Source: Felis catus (lineage: Eukaryota). From it: a stretch of 64,000 bases of DNA. The DNA is taken from contig NC_058368.1 of NCBI RefSeq assembly GCF_018350175.1, forward strand, positions 40,302,001-40,366,000, written 5' to 3'. This document shows, piece after piece, positions 40,093 through 53,284 of this stretch. Made by a program: the position numbers and the translations under genes. Positions within the stretch are counted from its first letter, which is position 1. Each line of letters starts with the position of its first letter. The notes below the pieces were generated by a model. The model had not been told where the DNA came from. It made no database searches and saw nothing but the letters and a program-made list of their open reading frames with translations.

Positions 40093-40655
40093 AATTTTGC
40101 TTGATTTTCCATATTTCCTGCAAACGGAAACACATGAACAAATTTTCCTAACAGCTAAGAGAAAACCCAAGTACCTGTCCACAAAGACAGCACTTGTAGT
40201 CATTAACTTGCTCCATCATAACCTCACACTTAATCTCAATTTTCCTTATTAAAAAAATGGACATGCTGAATAATTTCTAAATTTGTATTACTTATGATTA
40301 AAGAGTATGGGTTTTTAAAGCTATGGATTTTTTAAAACTTTAAAAGGAAGTTGAAGAAAAAGAAAATGATATTAAGAGAATCGTTTCAATGACAAACTGT
40401 TCCCATACATAGTACTTCCCTACAGTATTTGCCTACAGTGCCCATAATGTGGAAATTTTATGAAATTATACACACTGAAGGAAATAGCTCATCTTCTAAA
40501 GTGTTCTTATAATATTTAAGGAGAATGATACATTATTAATGAGAAAAGATGCATATCCCCTCAGTTTTCCAAAATACCTACTATTCTTCAGAAATATAGT
40601 TTGAGTTTAAAGGAATAGGAGTTAAAAAATTAAACACATGATAGCATGTATAGAT

Positions 40656-41274
40656 TGTTGAGAGATTATTTTCCATGGGTGTCATGTTTCTGCATATCTT
40701 GAGTGAGGTAGCTCTGCTGATTGTTTTTGACTATCTTTTTAAAGATGTCTATATAGTAAAAGGGCTTCGACTATTCTTTATATATAATTCCTTATATATT
40801 TCTTTACATAGATTTCCACATATATATTTCCTTTTATTGTAAATTTATTTATATATGTTGTTTTTCTTTGAGGCAAAGGACTGGTTTACTGTAGCCTTGG
40901 AATAGAGAAATAATATCCCCCTCTGAAGCAAAGGACGGATATGTTCACTGTACAGGGTAATAAATGAAATGTTTCCATTCAAAGCAAAGAGTAAGTATGC
41001 TAAATGATCAGTGCTTCTTGAGCTCAGGGTTCCTCTCCTGTGATGCAACTCACCACATGTACAGACATCTATCTATGTTTATATTTCATTGCACTTATGG
41101 ACTTTGGCTGAAAATCACATGTTAATTCTCATGGTGCTTGCTGTGCTGTGACTATATAGTTCTTCATTTATGACCTAAGTCTTCGGTTGTACACCAGCAT
41201 TTGTGAAATTGTGGCATGCTAACTTGTTATTTGGCAATTAGGATAAAATCTCAGACCCTTGATATTTCTTGACA
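40656..41274 (+). mobile_element. 5' LTR of ERVL provirus (LTR40-like)
   Basis: Starts tgttgagagattattttccatgggt, contains agctcagggttcctctcctgt, ends ggataaaatctcagacccttgatatttcttgaca. Followed by PBS-like gttttggtgtgaagtattggat; AT-rich insert ~40770-40870. Confidence 0.85.
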
Positions 41275-42723
41275 GTTTTGGTGTGAAGTATTGGATACTC
41301 ACAGAGATGTTTCTCTTGAAGAAGAATGAGGGTCTGTTGGGTAATATACGGGACTCGAGGGAGTTCATGGAAATCAGTAGTGAACGTGTAGATCAATTTT
41401 ATGGACAATTGACAGTAAATAGTCCAGAATTTTGTCGACTTGTATTGAGGGAGAGTTGAGACCGTGACTACCAATTGAATCATAGAAAAATGGTTCAAAA
41501 GTCAGCCTTCTGAGTGGTGCCCTCTCTCTCAGGGAGGGCACTTTCTTGAAATTTGGCTTTCAGTTCAGGTCTGCCCCACTGTAATAACTAGGATGCAAAT
41601 TCATCCTGGATGGGCATAAGATTTTGGCCTATTCCCTTCCCTCCATCTAACAACAGTTACAGGGATGCATTATCTACACAAAGAAAAGAAAGAAGGAAAT
41701 TCATGACCACTTTGGTTTGAAAACCAAACCACTTTTAAAACTTCCAGTCATTGTGGGAGGAAGAAGTAGGATACATAATGCTTGTAAGATGTGCAGTACC
41801 TGGGCTGTTTTACACCTAAGATCTTCCTATAATTTATGATGACAATCTCAAGATTGTTTTGGGGAAAAACAACAACAACAAAATGTCTTAGAGTTATTGG
41901 TATTGAGTATGGGCTACTGTAAGGCAAATTTGGTAAACTCTCATATGAAACCATGGATAAGGAATTGAATAGTAGTTTTTTTATTTTATTGCCCCAGGTT
42001 GGGTTTAGAATACCACTGAAGTGGACTCACTAGAGAGTAAGACACAGACGCAAATAAATCTAGATAAATTCTTGCAATCAACCCTTCTGACATGAAAGAC
42101 ACTCCTAGTTCTTATGATAAAAGTGGCTAGAATTGTAAGAGATACTATTATGGCAATGAGACCAAAAAATGACCTGGATAAAGGTTAACTTTTAAAAAGG
42201 CACAGCTGTGTGAATAATGCCCCAGTAAACCAAGGAGTGCAAACAGGGTAGTTCCACTAGAAAAGCAAAGTGATGTAGCTCTGATTAATGAGTCAAAGGA
42301 TCCTCAAAGCTAAAATTAATGCTATCAGTGATAATACCTTACAGCCACTATGGGAATTTGGGTGGAACAAAAATATTGGGAGAATGGTCAGGCAACACAT
42401 ACTTGAAACTAACTGTCCTTTGTTTACTGCCTTGGAGACATTCTTTCTCTCCTTGTATCCCTATCACTTTCACCTTTTTCATTGTCTTCAGCTGCTTTAA
42501 TGTGAAAAATGATTAGATGTGTGGCTCAGTTCTTATTTCCAAGAGTGACCAATGGCCATACATACCTGGGGAAATTTGAGGACAAGAGAGAATAAAATTT
42601 TTATGTCTCTCTTAGATGTAGGGATAAAAGTTACATCCTATCTAGACCTATGAAGAGAGGAGTCACACAACTTCATTGATGTGGTTTGAGCAAGTTTTTC
42701 AGGGAAAGGACACTAACATGAAT

Positions 42724-42773
<50 letters not shown>

Positions 42774-43497
42774 GGGGGACACTTTTGGCCAATACAGTAT
42801 ATGTTATTGTTGCTTCTATCTCTGAATGCATAGTAAGAATTGATTGTTACATGCTCCTTCTTCTCTGTTACGTGTCAGAGCTGATGTTCCTGACTGCATA
42901 TACAGTAATGCTTTTACATTTGGAGCTCCATTATGCTAATGATACTTTCCAGTTTTTGTTACTGATGTTTTGATGATTTGAACCTTTGGCAAATGGAGGC
43001 AGCCCCCACCAAAAAGCATCCTTTGGGGTTTTGGATGTATTGCCTACCTGATATATTCAGTTATGGATGGCTACTAGGTACACCATTTTTAAAAAATCAT
43101 CTCTTGGGTTGCCATTGGAATCTTGTTGAAACTAAATGCCTGACTCAAGGAAGCCATCTGACTCTTTAGTTTAACATTCCCATTTTGTGGTGGGTCATTT
43201 TGGATTCAGTGAGTAACATGGTGAATAGTATCCAACAGGTCTCACTGGTCAAATGGGAAGTGGTGTATATTCAGGAATGCAGCCAGACTGGCTCCAGTAG
43301 GAATTTGGTTATACATACAAAAGTATCAGTTGTCTCTGGTGAAAATTTTATCTCCCACTCCACCACTTGAAGCAGAGCTGCTAGCTCACTGGAGCTCTCC
43401 ATTTTACAGAGTTTCAACTAAGTGCTTGAACCAGGTTCACTGATGGTTAGGCAACACTAAACTCAATGGGGTTCACTGGCTATTATAATTGTTCAAC
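41275..43497 (+). pseudogene. ERVL (HERVL40-like) internal part 1: decayed gag, protease and RT-connection/RNase H start
   Basis: Protease FMSLLDVGIKVT (42600-42635, cf. F.GLLDTG) and VIVASISECIVRID; LWQ...HPLGFW...LP, HLLGCHWNLVETKCLTQG, QQVSLVKW..YIQ (ORFs 42978, 43185); ttcactgatggt = FTDG near 43436. Many stops and frameshifts. Confidence 0.85.
42728..42770. repeat. (TG)n microsatellite inside the ERV protease remnant
   Basis: About 20 perfect TG units. Confidence 0.97.
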
Positions 43498-46400
43498 TTG
43501 GTTAGTTTCTGTTTGACTATTACAAATAATGCTGCTATGAACTTTGAGTATGAGATTTTTGTGTGAACATAGTTTTCTTCACTCCTGAGTACATACCTAG
43601 GAGTAGAACTGCTGGATCATATGGCAACTATATTTAAACTTTTTGAGGCACTGCGAAACTATTTTCAAAAGTGGCTGCACAATTTTACATTACTACCAGC
43701 AATATATGAGGGTTCTAATTTTTCTACTTCCTCTCCAACACCAATTTTCTTTTTTTTACAATTAAATTGTGAAAATATTGCCATCTTAATGGTGTAAAGA
43801 GATATTTCATTGTGGTTTTGATTATCACTTACCTGATGACTAGTGACGTTGAAAATCTTTTCATGGGCTTATTGGGTCATTTGTATATGTCTGTGGAGAA
43901 ATATCTCTTAATATTCACTGCCTATTTTATTTTTTCTTTTTATTTATTGGGTACAAAGAGTTATTTATATATTCTAGATACAAGTGTATTTTAAAGGTAT
44001 ATGGCTTGCAAATATTCTCTGATTATTTGGGTCATTTTTTCACCTTTTTGATGGTATCTTTTGAGGCACAAAAGTTTTAAGTTTTGATGAAGTTGGACTT
44101 AATCTATTTTATCTTTTGGTGCTGGTACATTTTGGTGTTATATTTATGAAAGCTTTGGCTAAACCAAAGTCTTATAAATTTACTTCCAAACTTCCTCCTA
44201 AGAATTCTGTAATTCCACCTCTAACATTTACATCTTTGCTCATTTTGAGTTAATTTTCTGTATATGATTTGAAGAAGGGCAATGATTTCATTCTAAATTA
44301 ATTTCATGGATTAATTTGCATTTATTTGCTTTTAATTAGGTATTGTTTAATTTCTTTCAGTAAGGTTTTGTAGTCTTAAGCATACATAACTTGTACTTTT
44401 TGTTTAAATTTATTCCTAAGTTTTATACTTTTTGATAATATTGTAAATGGAACTCTTAATTTAATTTTCAATTTGTTAATTATTAGCATATACTAACAGA
44501 ATATATACTTGTATATTGATTGATTGTGTATCCTGTAACCTTGCTGAGGTCATTTATTAGATCTATTTTTTTTAGTTGATTTCTTGGGATTTTCTGTATA
44601 CAAGATTATGTCCTGTGCAAATAGAGATTGTTTTACTTATTCCTTCCCACTTGGATGCAATTTGTTTTTGTTATCTAATTTCCCCTAGCATGAATATATA
44701 TTATAGTATTGATTAGTAATGATGAAAGAAGACATCTTTGTATTCTTTCTGATGTTAAGGGAAAACATTCTATCTTTTACCTTTAAGTATGATGCTAGCT
44801 GTAGATTTTTGTAAATCTATTTTTCAGGGTAAGGAAGTTTTCTTTCATTTCTAATGAATGTTTTATCATGAAAGGTATTTGATTATGCCAAAAATTAGTT
44901 TTTAATGTTTCTCTGTTGAGATCATGTGGGTTTTGTTCTTTATTCTATTCATATTGTATTTTAGATTAATTTCTTTTGGAATGTTGAACCATCCTTTCTT
45001 ACTTGGAGTAGTTGTTATTTAGTTATAGTGTGTAATTCTTTTTTAGGTGAATTCAGTCTACTAGTATTATTTTTTAAAGGTTTTACAACTATATTCATAA
45101 TCTATACTGGTTTGTAGTTTTCTTTTGAGGCCTTTATCTGGTGTTGTATTCTGGGTAATAATAGCCTCATAAACTAAGTTTGGAAATACTTTGTCCTTTT
45201 CTGTTTTTCAGAGGAATTTGTGAATAATTGGCATTACTTCTTTTAAAGTTTGGTAGAATTCACCAATGAAGTCATATGAACCTAGACTTTTCTTTATAGA
45301 AATATTTAAAATCACTAATGCAGTTTTTTTTACTTGTTATACATTTGTTCATTTTATATTTCATCTTGAATCCGTTTCAGCAGTTTGTCTTCCTAGAAAT
45401 TTGTATTTTTCATTTAATTTATCTCATTTGTTGACATTCATTTGTTCATAGTGTGTATTTTTAATCTTTTTTATTTCTGTGAGTATTGATGTCCCTACTT
45501 TCATTTATGATTTTAGTAATTTGAGTCTTTTCTCTTTTATTCTTGGTTGGTTTAGTTAAACCTTTGTCAATTTGTTGATCTTTTCAAAAACCAAAATTTG
45601 ATTTTGTTGATTTTCTCTATTGTTTTTGTTATCAATTTCATTAATTTCCATCCTTCTTTTTCTACAAAGTTTAGTTTGTTTTTCCTTTTACTGTGTTCAA
45701 GTGAAAAATCAAGTTATTGAGATTTTTATTTTTTAAATGTACACATTTGTAGGTATAAATTTCTCAACACAGGTTTAGCTACATTCTAGAAGTTGGGCAT
45801 GTTTTGCCTTCATTTTCATTAATCTCAAAGTACTTTCTAAATTCCCTTGTGATTTCTATTTTGACCAATTGATTGGTTAGGTATGTGTTGTTTAATCTCA
45901 TAGTATTTGTGAATTCTCTAAATTTATTTTTGTTATTGATTTCTAATTCTATTCTATTTTGGTTTGAAAGTATACTTTGTATTATTTCAGTCCTTTAGAG
46001 TATATTGAGGCTCATTTTATTGAAGCTAATATGGTTTCTTCTGGAGCATGTCTGTGTGCACCTGGGAAGAATACCCAGTTGTGTGGAGTGTTTTATAAAT
46101 GGTCATTAGGTCTAAATGGTTTATAATGTTCAAATATACCAGTTCCTTGTTGATCTTCCTTTAGTTTTATTCATTATTGAAAATTGAGTTTAAAGCTTCC
46201 CACTGATATTATTGAAGTATCTATTTCTCTTTTCAATTCTGTTGGTTATTGGCTGATGCATTTTGGTGTTCCATTGGTGCTTGCATATTATATGTTTAAA
46301 TTTTTATATATTTTTGATGAATTGACTTTTTTATTATGCTGAGATCTTTATCTCCTGTATGGTTTTCATTTGTCTTAAAGCCTGTTTTTCTTATGTTTCC

Positions 46401-47579
46401 TGTTTGCATGAAGCTTATTTTCCACTCTTTACTTTGAATATATTTATATCTTTGAATCAAAGGTATTTCTCCTGTGGGTAGAATATGTGTGGATCTTTTC
46501 CCTTCTAGCCTGATGATTTGTCACTTTTTATCAGATTGTTTAATCTATGCACATGAATCTATGAATATTATTAGCAGTGTACTTGAACTTATGTCAGCTA
46601 TTTTTTGTCTAAAATCTCCTCTTTTTTGTTCCTCTTTGCTCTTTCTTATATTGATACTGTCTAGTGAAACGCTTAGTTCATTTAATGATTTTTCACCACA
46701 TATAAAAATTTTTTTTTCTTACTGGCTGCTCTAGAGTTTACCATACACATCTTAAATTATCATAATCTACTTTAGAGAAAAATGAACATTTCCTGTGAGT
46801 CTAGCTCTGCATCTTCTTCCACATCTATAAATTGCATCTATAAATGTTACAAACCAACACTATATTGTTATAGTAATTATGTAATTTACTATCTTATGAA
46901 AAAACTGGAGAAGAAAGCAGAAAAAGCATATGTCTGTATCATTTAAGTTAACCCTCCTGTGTGCCGTTTCTGGTTCTTTTAATTTGTTACTTTAAATTGG
47001 AGTTTATGTCATTTGTATCATTTCCTTAATCTAACAGAGCTTTGCTTCCAACTCTCTTCTTTGGGCTCTTATTAGATGTACTATATTTCTATGTGATAAA
47101 GGCTCAAAATTCAATTTATACTATTGCTTTAAAATAGGTGTAGATTAAATAGATATATATTTAAATCAGTTAAGAGAAAAATAAAAATAATTATGAATTA
47201 TTACTGTCTTTTATAATTACAAAATAACTTTACCTAGATTCTTTATTTTTTTATATGGATTCTAATTACAGTCTGGGTCACTTGCTTTCAGGCTAAAGAA
47301 CTTACTTTCTTGTAAGACATTTACTTGCAGCATATTCTCTGAGGTTTGTTTATTTGGGAATTATTCCTTTCACCTTCACATTGGAAAGAACTTGTGCTCG
47401 ATTTAAGATTTTTGGTTATTTTTTTTCACCACTTTGAAAATGTCTTCCCAGTTCTCTGGGATTCATTGCTTCTGATGAGAAGTTTGCTGTTTATCATACT
47501 GTGGTTCCTTTGTATGTGAGGAGATGTTTTTCTCTTGCCACTTTAAAGATTTTCTCTTTGTCTCTAGTTTTCAGTAATT

Positions 47580-47785
47580 AAAAAAATTTTTTTTAATTTA
47601 GTTTTTGAGAGAGATAGAGTGCGGGTGGGGAAGGGGCAGAGGGAGAGGGAGACGCAGAATCTGAAGCAGGCTCCAGGCTCTGAGCTGTGGGCACAGAGCC
47701 TGACACGGGGCTCGAACTCACAGATGGTGAGATGATGACCTGAGCCTAAATCAGACACTTAACTGAGCCACCCAGGTGGTGCCCC
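47580..47785 (-). mobile_element. Can-SINE nested in the L1
   Basis: TSD gttttcagtaatt. Confidence 0.95.
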
Positions 47786-48374
47786 TGGTTTTCAGTAATT
47801 TTACTGTGATATGCCTCAGTGTGGTGATTTTTGCTCTTATCCTACCTGGAGTTTGTGGAACTTCCTAGTGTCTAGATTTAGGATTTTTATCAAAGTTGGT
47901 AAGTTTATAGTCATTAATTCTTTGACAATTTTTTTGTTACTTTCTCTTCTCTCTTGGTACTCACTTTACACATATACTGCTGTACTTAATGTACCACATA
48001 TTTCTAAGTCTCTATTCATGTTTCTTTATTTTTTCCTCTCTCTTCTTTATATCGCATGATTTCTACAGATTTATCTTCAAGTTTAGTCAGACTTTATTCT
48101 GCATTCCAAAACTTTTGAGCCCCTTTCGTGAAATTTTGATTTCAGATATTATACTCTTCTATTCCAGAATTTTAATTTTCTTTTAAAAATATTTTCTATC
48201 TGTTGATACTCTGTATTTGATGAAATAGCCATATTCTATCTTCATTTACTTATTTAAGTGTGATTTTCCTTAGTTCTTCAAGTATAATTATAATAGCTTT
48301 CTTGGAGACTTTATCTACAATGTCTTCACAACCAGTTTTTGTTCACAGTTCCTCCTTCCACATTAATGGGTCAC

Positions 48375-48500
48375 TTCCTCCTTCCTTCCTTTTTTCTTTT
48401 CTTTTCTTTTCTTTTCTTTTCTTTTCTTTTCTTTTCTTTCTTTTCTTTTCTCTTTTCTTTTTTCTCTTCTCTTCTCTTTTGTTTTCTCTCTTCTTTCTTA
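48375..48500. repeat. (TTTTC)n/(CT)-rich polypyrimidine microsatellite
   Basis: Direct inspection. Confidence 0.95.
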
Positions 48501-49824
48501 CTTTCACTTAGTTCATAATTTTTTTGTTGAAAACTACACATTTGACAATTTATTGTAGCAAGTCCTACCCTCTCCCATTCTAGAGTTTGTATTTGTATTT
48601 GTGTTTTTATGTAGTTGTCTATGGACTTAAGCTGGACTATTTTAGTAATGATTCTTTTAATGCAGAGTAAAGCCTCTGCTATCACTCCAAAAGAGTGTGG
48701 CCTTGAATATAAACACAGTCTAGCCCAGGGATGGTAATAGTTACTACAGGAGTTTCTTAGATTGTCTCTTTTCTTGATTTTTCTGTTAACCTATTTGCCT
48801 CTTTGGTATCCCACCAAGTAATTAGGCCCCACTAATTGCCAGTTCCTTGCTCCATCGTTTGAGATAATTTTTTGCATCATCTTTGCCTTCACAGTCTCAT
48901 CTCATTATTTTACTTTGAAAGAATAGTGTTGAGGCCAGTTTTTGAGGTTTATTCTGGACACAAGAGTGATCTTTTTAACCTGGTTCTTTCTGGTAACCTT
49001 GTGGTCTACAGTTTGTCTTGTTCTAAAGAAGTTCCTAGAGTCCCTTCAGTTGCTTGCCAACAAAATATCCATTGTTTTTAAAATGCCCTTGGAATTCCCT
49101 CCTTTATTTGTTCCAAATAAAGCCTGTTTTCTCAGAGAGAGCTCTGCAGCTATCTTATAGACTGCCTTACCTCTTGGGAGAAATCTCTAGAGCTTGAAAT
49201 ACTGGCCCAGTCAGTTATTCCAGAGTGACACATTTGCTTCATGAACAAAGAACTTATTTGGGACTTCAGTAACTGTTCTTAGCTTTCCTCTTTTGGCATG
49301 GAACATCTACTCTATGAGGCTGGATGAGAGCTACTTGGGCCCATATTATTCTCAGCCTTTCATGCCTAGGTTGAGATTCCACCCTCGGCGGTGGTTGAGT
49401 TGAAGAAGGAAGTCCTTTGTTTCTTGGATACATTCACCTGGAATTTAGCCTCTTGTTACATGCTGCTGAGATGAATAAGAAATGCTGGTGATTTGACCCT
49501 CCTATAGTGATACTATAGTCCTTGGCTGGGAGCTGGGGAAGAAAGATTCCTGTCTTCTTGTCCCATCCATCCAGAGTGGATGTGTCATTATGCTGAGCTA
49601 GAGTGAGAAAGGATTTGTTCATTCCTCAAATACCACATATTCTTGTTCTTATCAAATTTAGTAAATTTTCTTAAATAAGTGTTTTTTTTCATATGTTGTA
49701 TGCACTTAGGACACTTTTCAAAAACTTAATTACTTATTTATTTATCTATTTTTCCTTGCTGTGGTTGTTCACTGAGGAAAGGATCCACAGAACAACTCAT
49801 ACCACCATTCTGGAATTAATCCCC

Positions 49825-52577
49825 CTCTTGTGTTACACTTTACAGATGATTGGACTATTTGTAATTTTAGCTATTTAAACCACAATTTGGAAGACAACAG
49901 ACTAAATTGACAAGTATCCTTTTAATGGCTTTGCAGTCTGGAAATAAATTTCTGCTCTTGACCAAGGCAGTGGGACATTCATGAAAGTTCTCACAATACT
50001 TTGGACCTGATGATACCACCTATAATCCCATTCCTGATCATGTTCAGATTACCATCACTGCTGCCTGGTTCTATTATCCTGCAAGATCTTGCAGTATATC
50101 TGCCATCAAAAACTGAACACAAGTAAAGGATTCTGTTGAATATAAAAGCTACTGCTGCATGTGAGACTTTTATTTCTTTCCCCAAATTGACTTCATGGTG
50201 GGGAAAGCCACATTGTACTGGACTTTGCCCCCACCTGCTCCTGGCAAATTGACTTCTTTGACACCAGTGTGAGGCCATCAGTGTGTTTCAACACTGTTGA
50301 CACATTTTTAGATACAGAGTTTTACCATTCTAGTCCCCTCTGTTGACTCCAGTCACATAACTGTGTTCCTTGAAACAAATGTTATATTTTCAACTTCCCA
50401 GAACAGTTTCATTTTGATGATGGTATACCTCAGACTCAATGATAGACTTATAGTCAACATATTTGCTGTGCCTCCACAACCCCTACCATCATCATTCAGA
50501 CTCTAATTTTTGACCATTGATACTGCCTTCTCAGATGTCAATTATAAGAGATTTTTTGATGCTGTCTTTCTTATTTACTCTTGGTCTAAAATATTATTAA
50601 GCTAGTTTGGCTTCTATATATGTCTACACATCTACATACATACACCAAAGTAGCTTAATAAGTGATCATCTTCTCTTAGCCACTCCCTAAGGAAAAACAA
50701 GTAAAATAATTCTACAGAATTATTTTTAAATATTAAGGATTACACCTTTACCATTTATGATTTTGGTGCTGTTTTCACCCCTTGAGAGCACACCTAGAGC
50801 ATCCTGATTGTTGCTATTCCAAAATAACAGCTCAACAAAAAGGCATCCTAGAGAAATCAGTTTTAATTTTGATTCTTTCAGATATCTGGATTCTCTTGTT
50901 TAATTGATATGATCTCAATTATAAAAAATAATGATTAAGTCTTTAGTTGAGTACTCCAGGATCAACATTAAACTAGGTAAAATGGACAAAAATTGGGTAG
51001 ATAATGGGTTTCTGTAAGTTTTAGAAAAATCATACCTGTTGCTTTTACATCCAGCACTTCCATATGACAGATGTGTGTGAATATGTGATCATTGGGAAAA
51101 ATTAAATTATAGTTACAGGGATAGAACATACCATTTTTGTTGTGAGCGAAGGAGAACAATAACTTAGGCATGTGTAGAAGAAACTTCCAGACATTGAGAG
51201 ATATGGAAGAAAGAAGGATATTTATGGCCTTTGTTTTTAAGATCTGTTCCTTAAGATTTTCTCTCAGAAAGGCCCTGATAAGGCACTCCAAAACTATTAC
51301 AAGCACCTTACTTTTATCTGACTTTTGGGTCTGCCATCTCTTTGCCAGATGGCTCTCATCATAATTTAATCACCATATCTCACAACATTACCAAGAAGTT
51401 ACTTGGAAACATCAGGGGGAGGGATCGAATATTGCCTCTCCCATACAAAACACCTGTCAGCTCCTGTGAATGTCTTCTGAACAGCCATTTCCTTACCAGT
51501 TTCTCAATCATTCCATGTAACAGATGAATACCAACTTGATGGAGTAGACAAACAGCACAATCTTGGCTAACTCTCTTTAAAAAAGTCCCTTCAAATTTAT
51601 GAGTAGGTTCAGTTATTCACACTGAACTAGGTATCAAAAGTCCTTCCAGCTGCTTGGTAGAGTACATTGGAATAACTAACTCACATAGGGCTCCCACTTA
51701 AGAGGCCTCATTAATTGTAATCAATGTATTCTTTCTAGGGTCATTATGTCTAGGACTGCACTTTTTATGTGGAAACAGAACTTGTGCTTAACTCTTTCCT
51801 GAAAGCAGTGTCTTTAATAAAGAAGTTGTTATGAGAGACCTTCAACTATTTAAGGACAAGCAATAGATCTTGGAGAGAACTATAGATTCTCTTCCAATAT
51901 GAGACTTCTATTGGTTTTTTTGGGGGGGGGGAATTTCCAGTGAAATAAGTGGCTGATTCTTGGTATGTACCATTTGGGAAGATATCTCTATGATGGGAGT
52001 CATCTAATCGGGAAGGTAGTAAAAAAATTATTGTTGATTTTAGCTGAATTTATCAGTATTATCACCTCAGCTCCAGAAGTGATTCTACTCAGCCTCAACT
52101 CTCTGGCCAGGGTTGCTATGAAGTATAGAATTTTCTTCATTTTCCTTTTCAAAGACCAATCTGAAGTCTTGCAGTTGTTAGTTTATTCTGTTGTCCCTGA
52201 ATTAATGAATTGGGCCAAGTAGAAATTCCAGTAAAAAAATGTAAGAAGAAAGCTACTAAGATACTAGGATTTCTAAAGGAGATCCTATTGTTTATGGGAT
52301 TTCTTTTCTTTTTTTTTTTTCCCCAAGATGGTTGGGTTGGTCTAGAACTTGGATGAGGGGTAGGGTGGGAAGAATTCCTGAAGTCAGTATTGCTTGTTCA
52401 TTCAGGTTGTTCTCATCTTCCTTCATTAAATCCTATTGAAAGTCACCTTAATGAACTGCTGTATGAGACAGACTCCATGGGTATGACTGCAGTCTTATTC
52501 AATCAGATTAATCAGAGTAGATGGTGGAGTGGTATACTCATTAAAAAATTTCCACAAGTTAAGAAATTATAGAATCA
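49825..52577 (+). pseudogene. ERVL internal part 2: RNase H end, integrase and env remnants
   Basis: tttacagatgattgg (F/YTDSW-like) ~49839, tggcaaattgac (WQID) ~50242, gttgacaca (VDT) ~50296; env TM SLNSLARVAMKYRIFFIFLFKDQ (from 52091) and, after a 1-nt shift, AVVSLFCCP*INELGQVE (52171-52224). Confidence 0.8.
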
Positions 52578-53284
52578 AGATGGGAAATTCTTTGGATTTC
52601 TCATAGTTTTGCCTATCTTTCAAGCAAGTGACTGGATGTCCTTTCTATAGGATAGTTTGTTCATGAATATATTTATAACACAGAGTTTTAAATCCTTTAT
52701 TTTATTTATTTTGAGAGACAGAAAAGATGCACAAGGGGCTGGGGAGTGGCAGCAGGAGAGGGAAAGAGAATCTTAGGCAGCCTCCATGCACCAGCATGGA
52801 GCCGGATGAGGGGCTAGATCCCAGAACTGGACCATGAGATCATGACCTGAATCGAAATCAAAAGTCAGACACTTAATGGACTGAGCTACCCAGGTGCCCC
52901 TAGAGCACATGGTTTTAGAAGGTAAGTAAGCATTAGTGCCAAGTCCAGACATCCTGATTATTGAGTATTATTAAAATAATATCTTTCTCCAGGAGTAAAG
53001 GGTAGTTTGTTGTCCAATAAAGGAGATTCAGAATTCTTCTCTTATAAGGAACCTGCATGTACAGTTCATCTGGGCCCATATTATGTTACCCCATGGAAGT
53101 TGGGGCTAATAGAAACCAACATACCTGCTGATGCTCATTAAGCTCAATGGGTTGTGAGTAATAAAATCCTTTGTCTCTGGTTTATGAGTCTTGTGTCTTA
53201 TACACAGCACCAAAGAGATTCTGATAGGCAACATTTTTAGGACGTAAGTAGGATAAAATCTCAAACCTTACAAATTTTTTGGCA
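52578..53284 (+). mobile_element. 3' LTR of the provirus (LTR40-like), split by a SINE
   Basis: Homologous to the 5' LTR: tgtgagtaataaaatcctttgtctctg...taggataaaatctcaaacctt...ggca. Flanks tagat (40651-40655) / ttgat (53285-53289) form a 5-bp TSD with 1 mismatch. 5' boundary approximate. Confidence 0.82.
52696..52900 (-). mobile_element. Can-SINE in the 3' LTR
   Basis: Reverse SINE ending ctacccaggtgcccc. Confidence 0.92.

Larger units (their letters stand above)
43498..49820 (-). mobile_element. Long (~6.3 kb) decayed L1M (L1MB-L1MD class): 5'UTR, ORF1, ORF2, no 3'UTR or polyA; nested in the ERV
   Basis: Continuous antisense L1 phrases (aataatgctgctatgaac, tgtgcaaatagaga, ttggtagaattcaccaatgaag, ttctgatgagaagt) and an L1M-type 5' end (ccaccattctggaa, 49802-49815). 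Confidence 0.88.

Noticed and set aside
39883..40252. 106- and 121-aa YI/CV-rich ORFs (similar ones at 33889-34278 and 48260-48685)
   Set aside because: Produced by microsatellites and low-complexity tracts.
51965..52222. Domesticated syncytin-like env gene
   Set aside because: The env remnant has a degenerate ISD, a frameshift at the CX6CC motif, in-frame stops and no long SU ORF.
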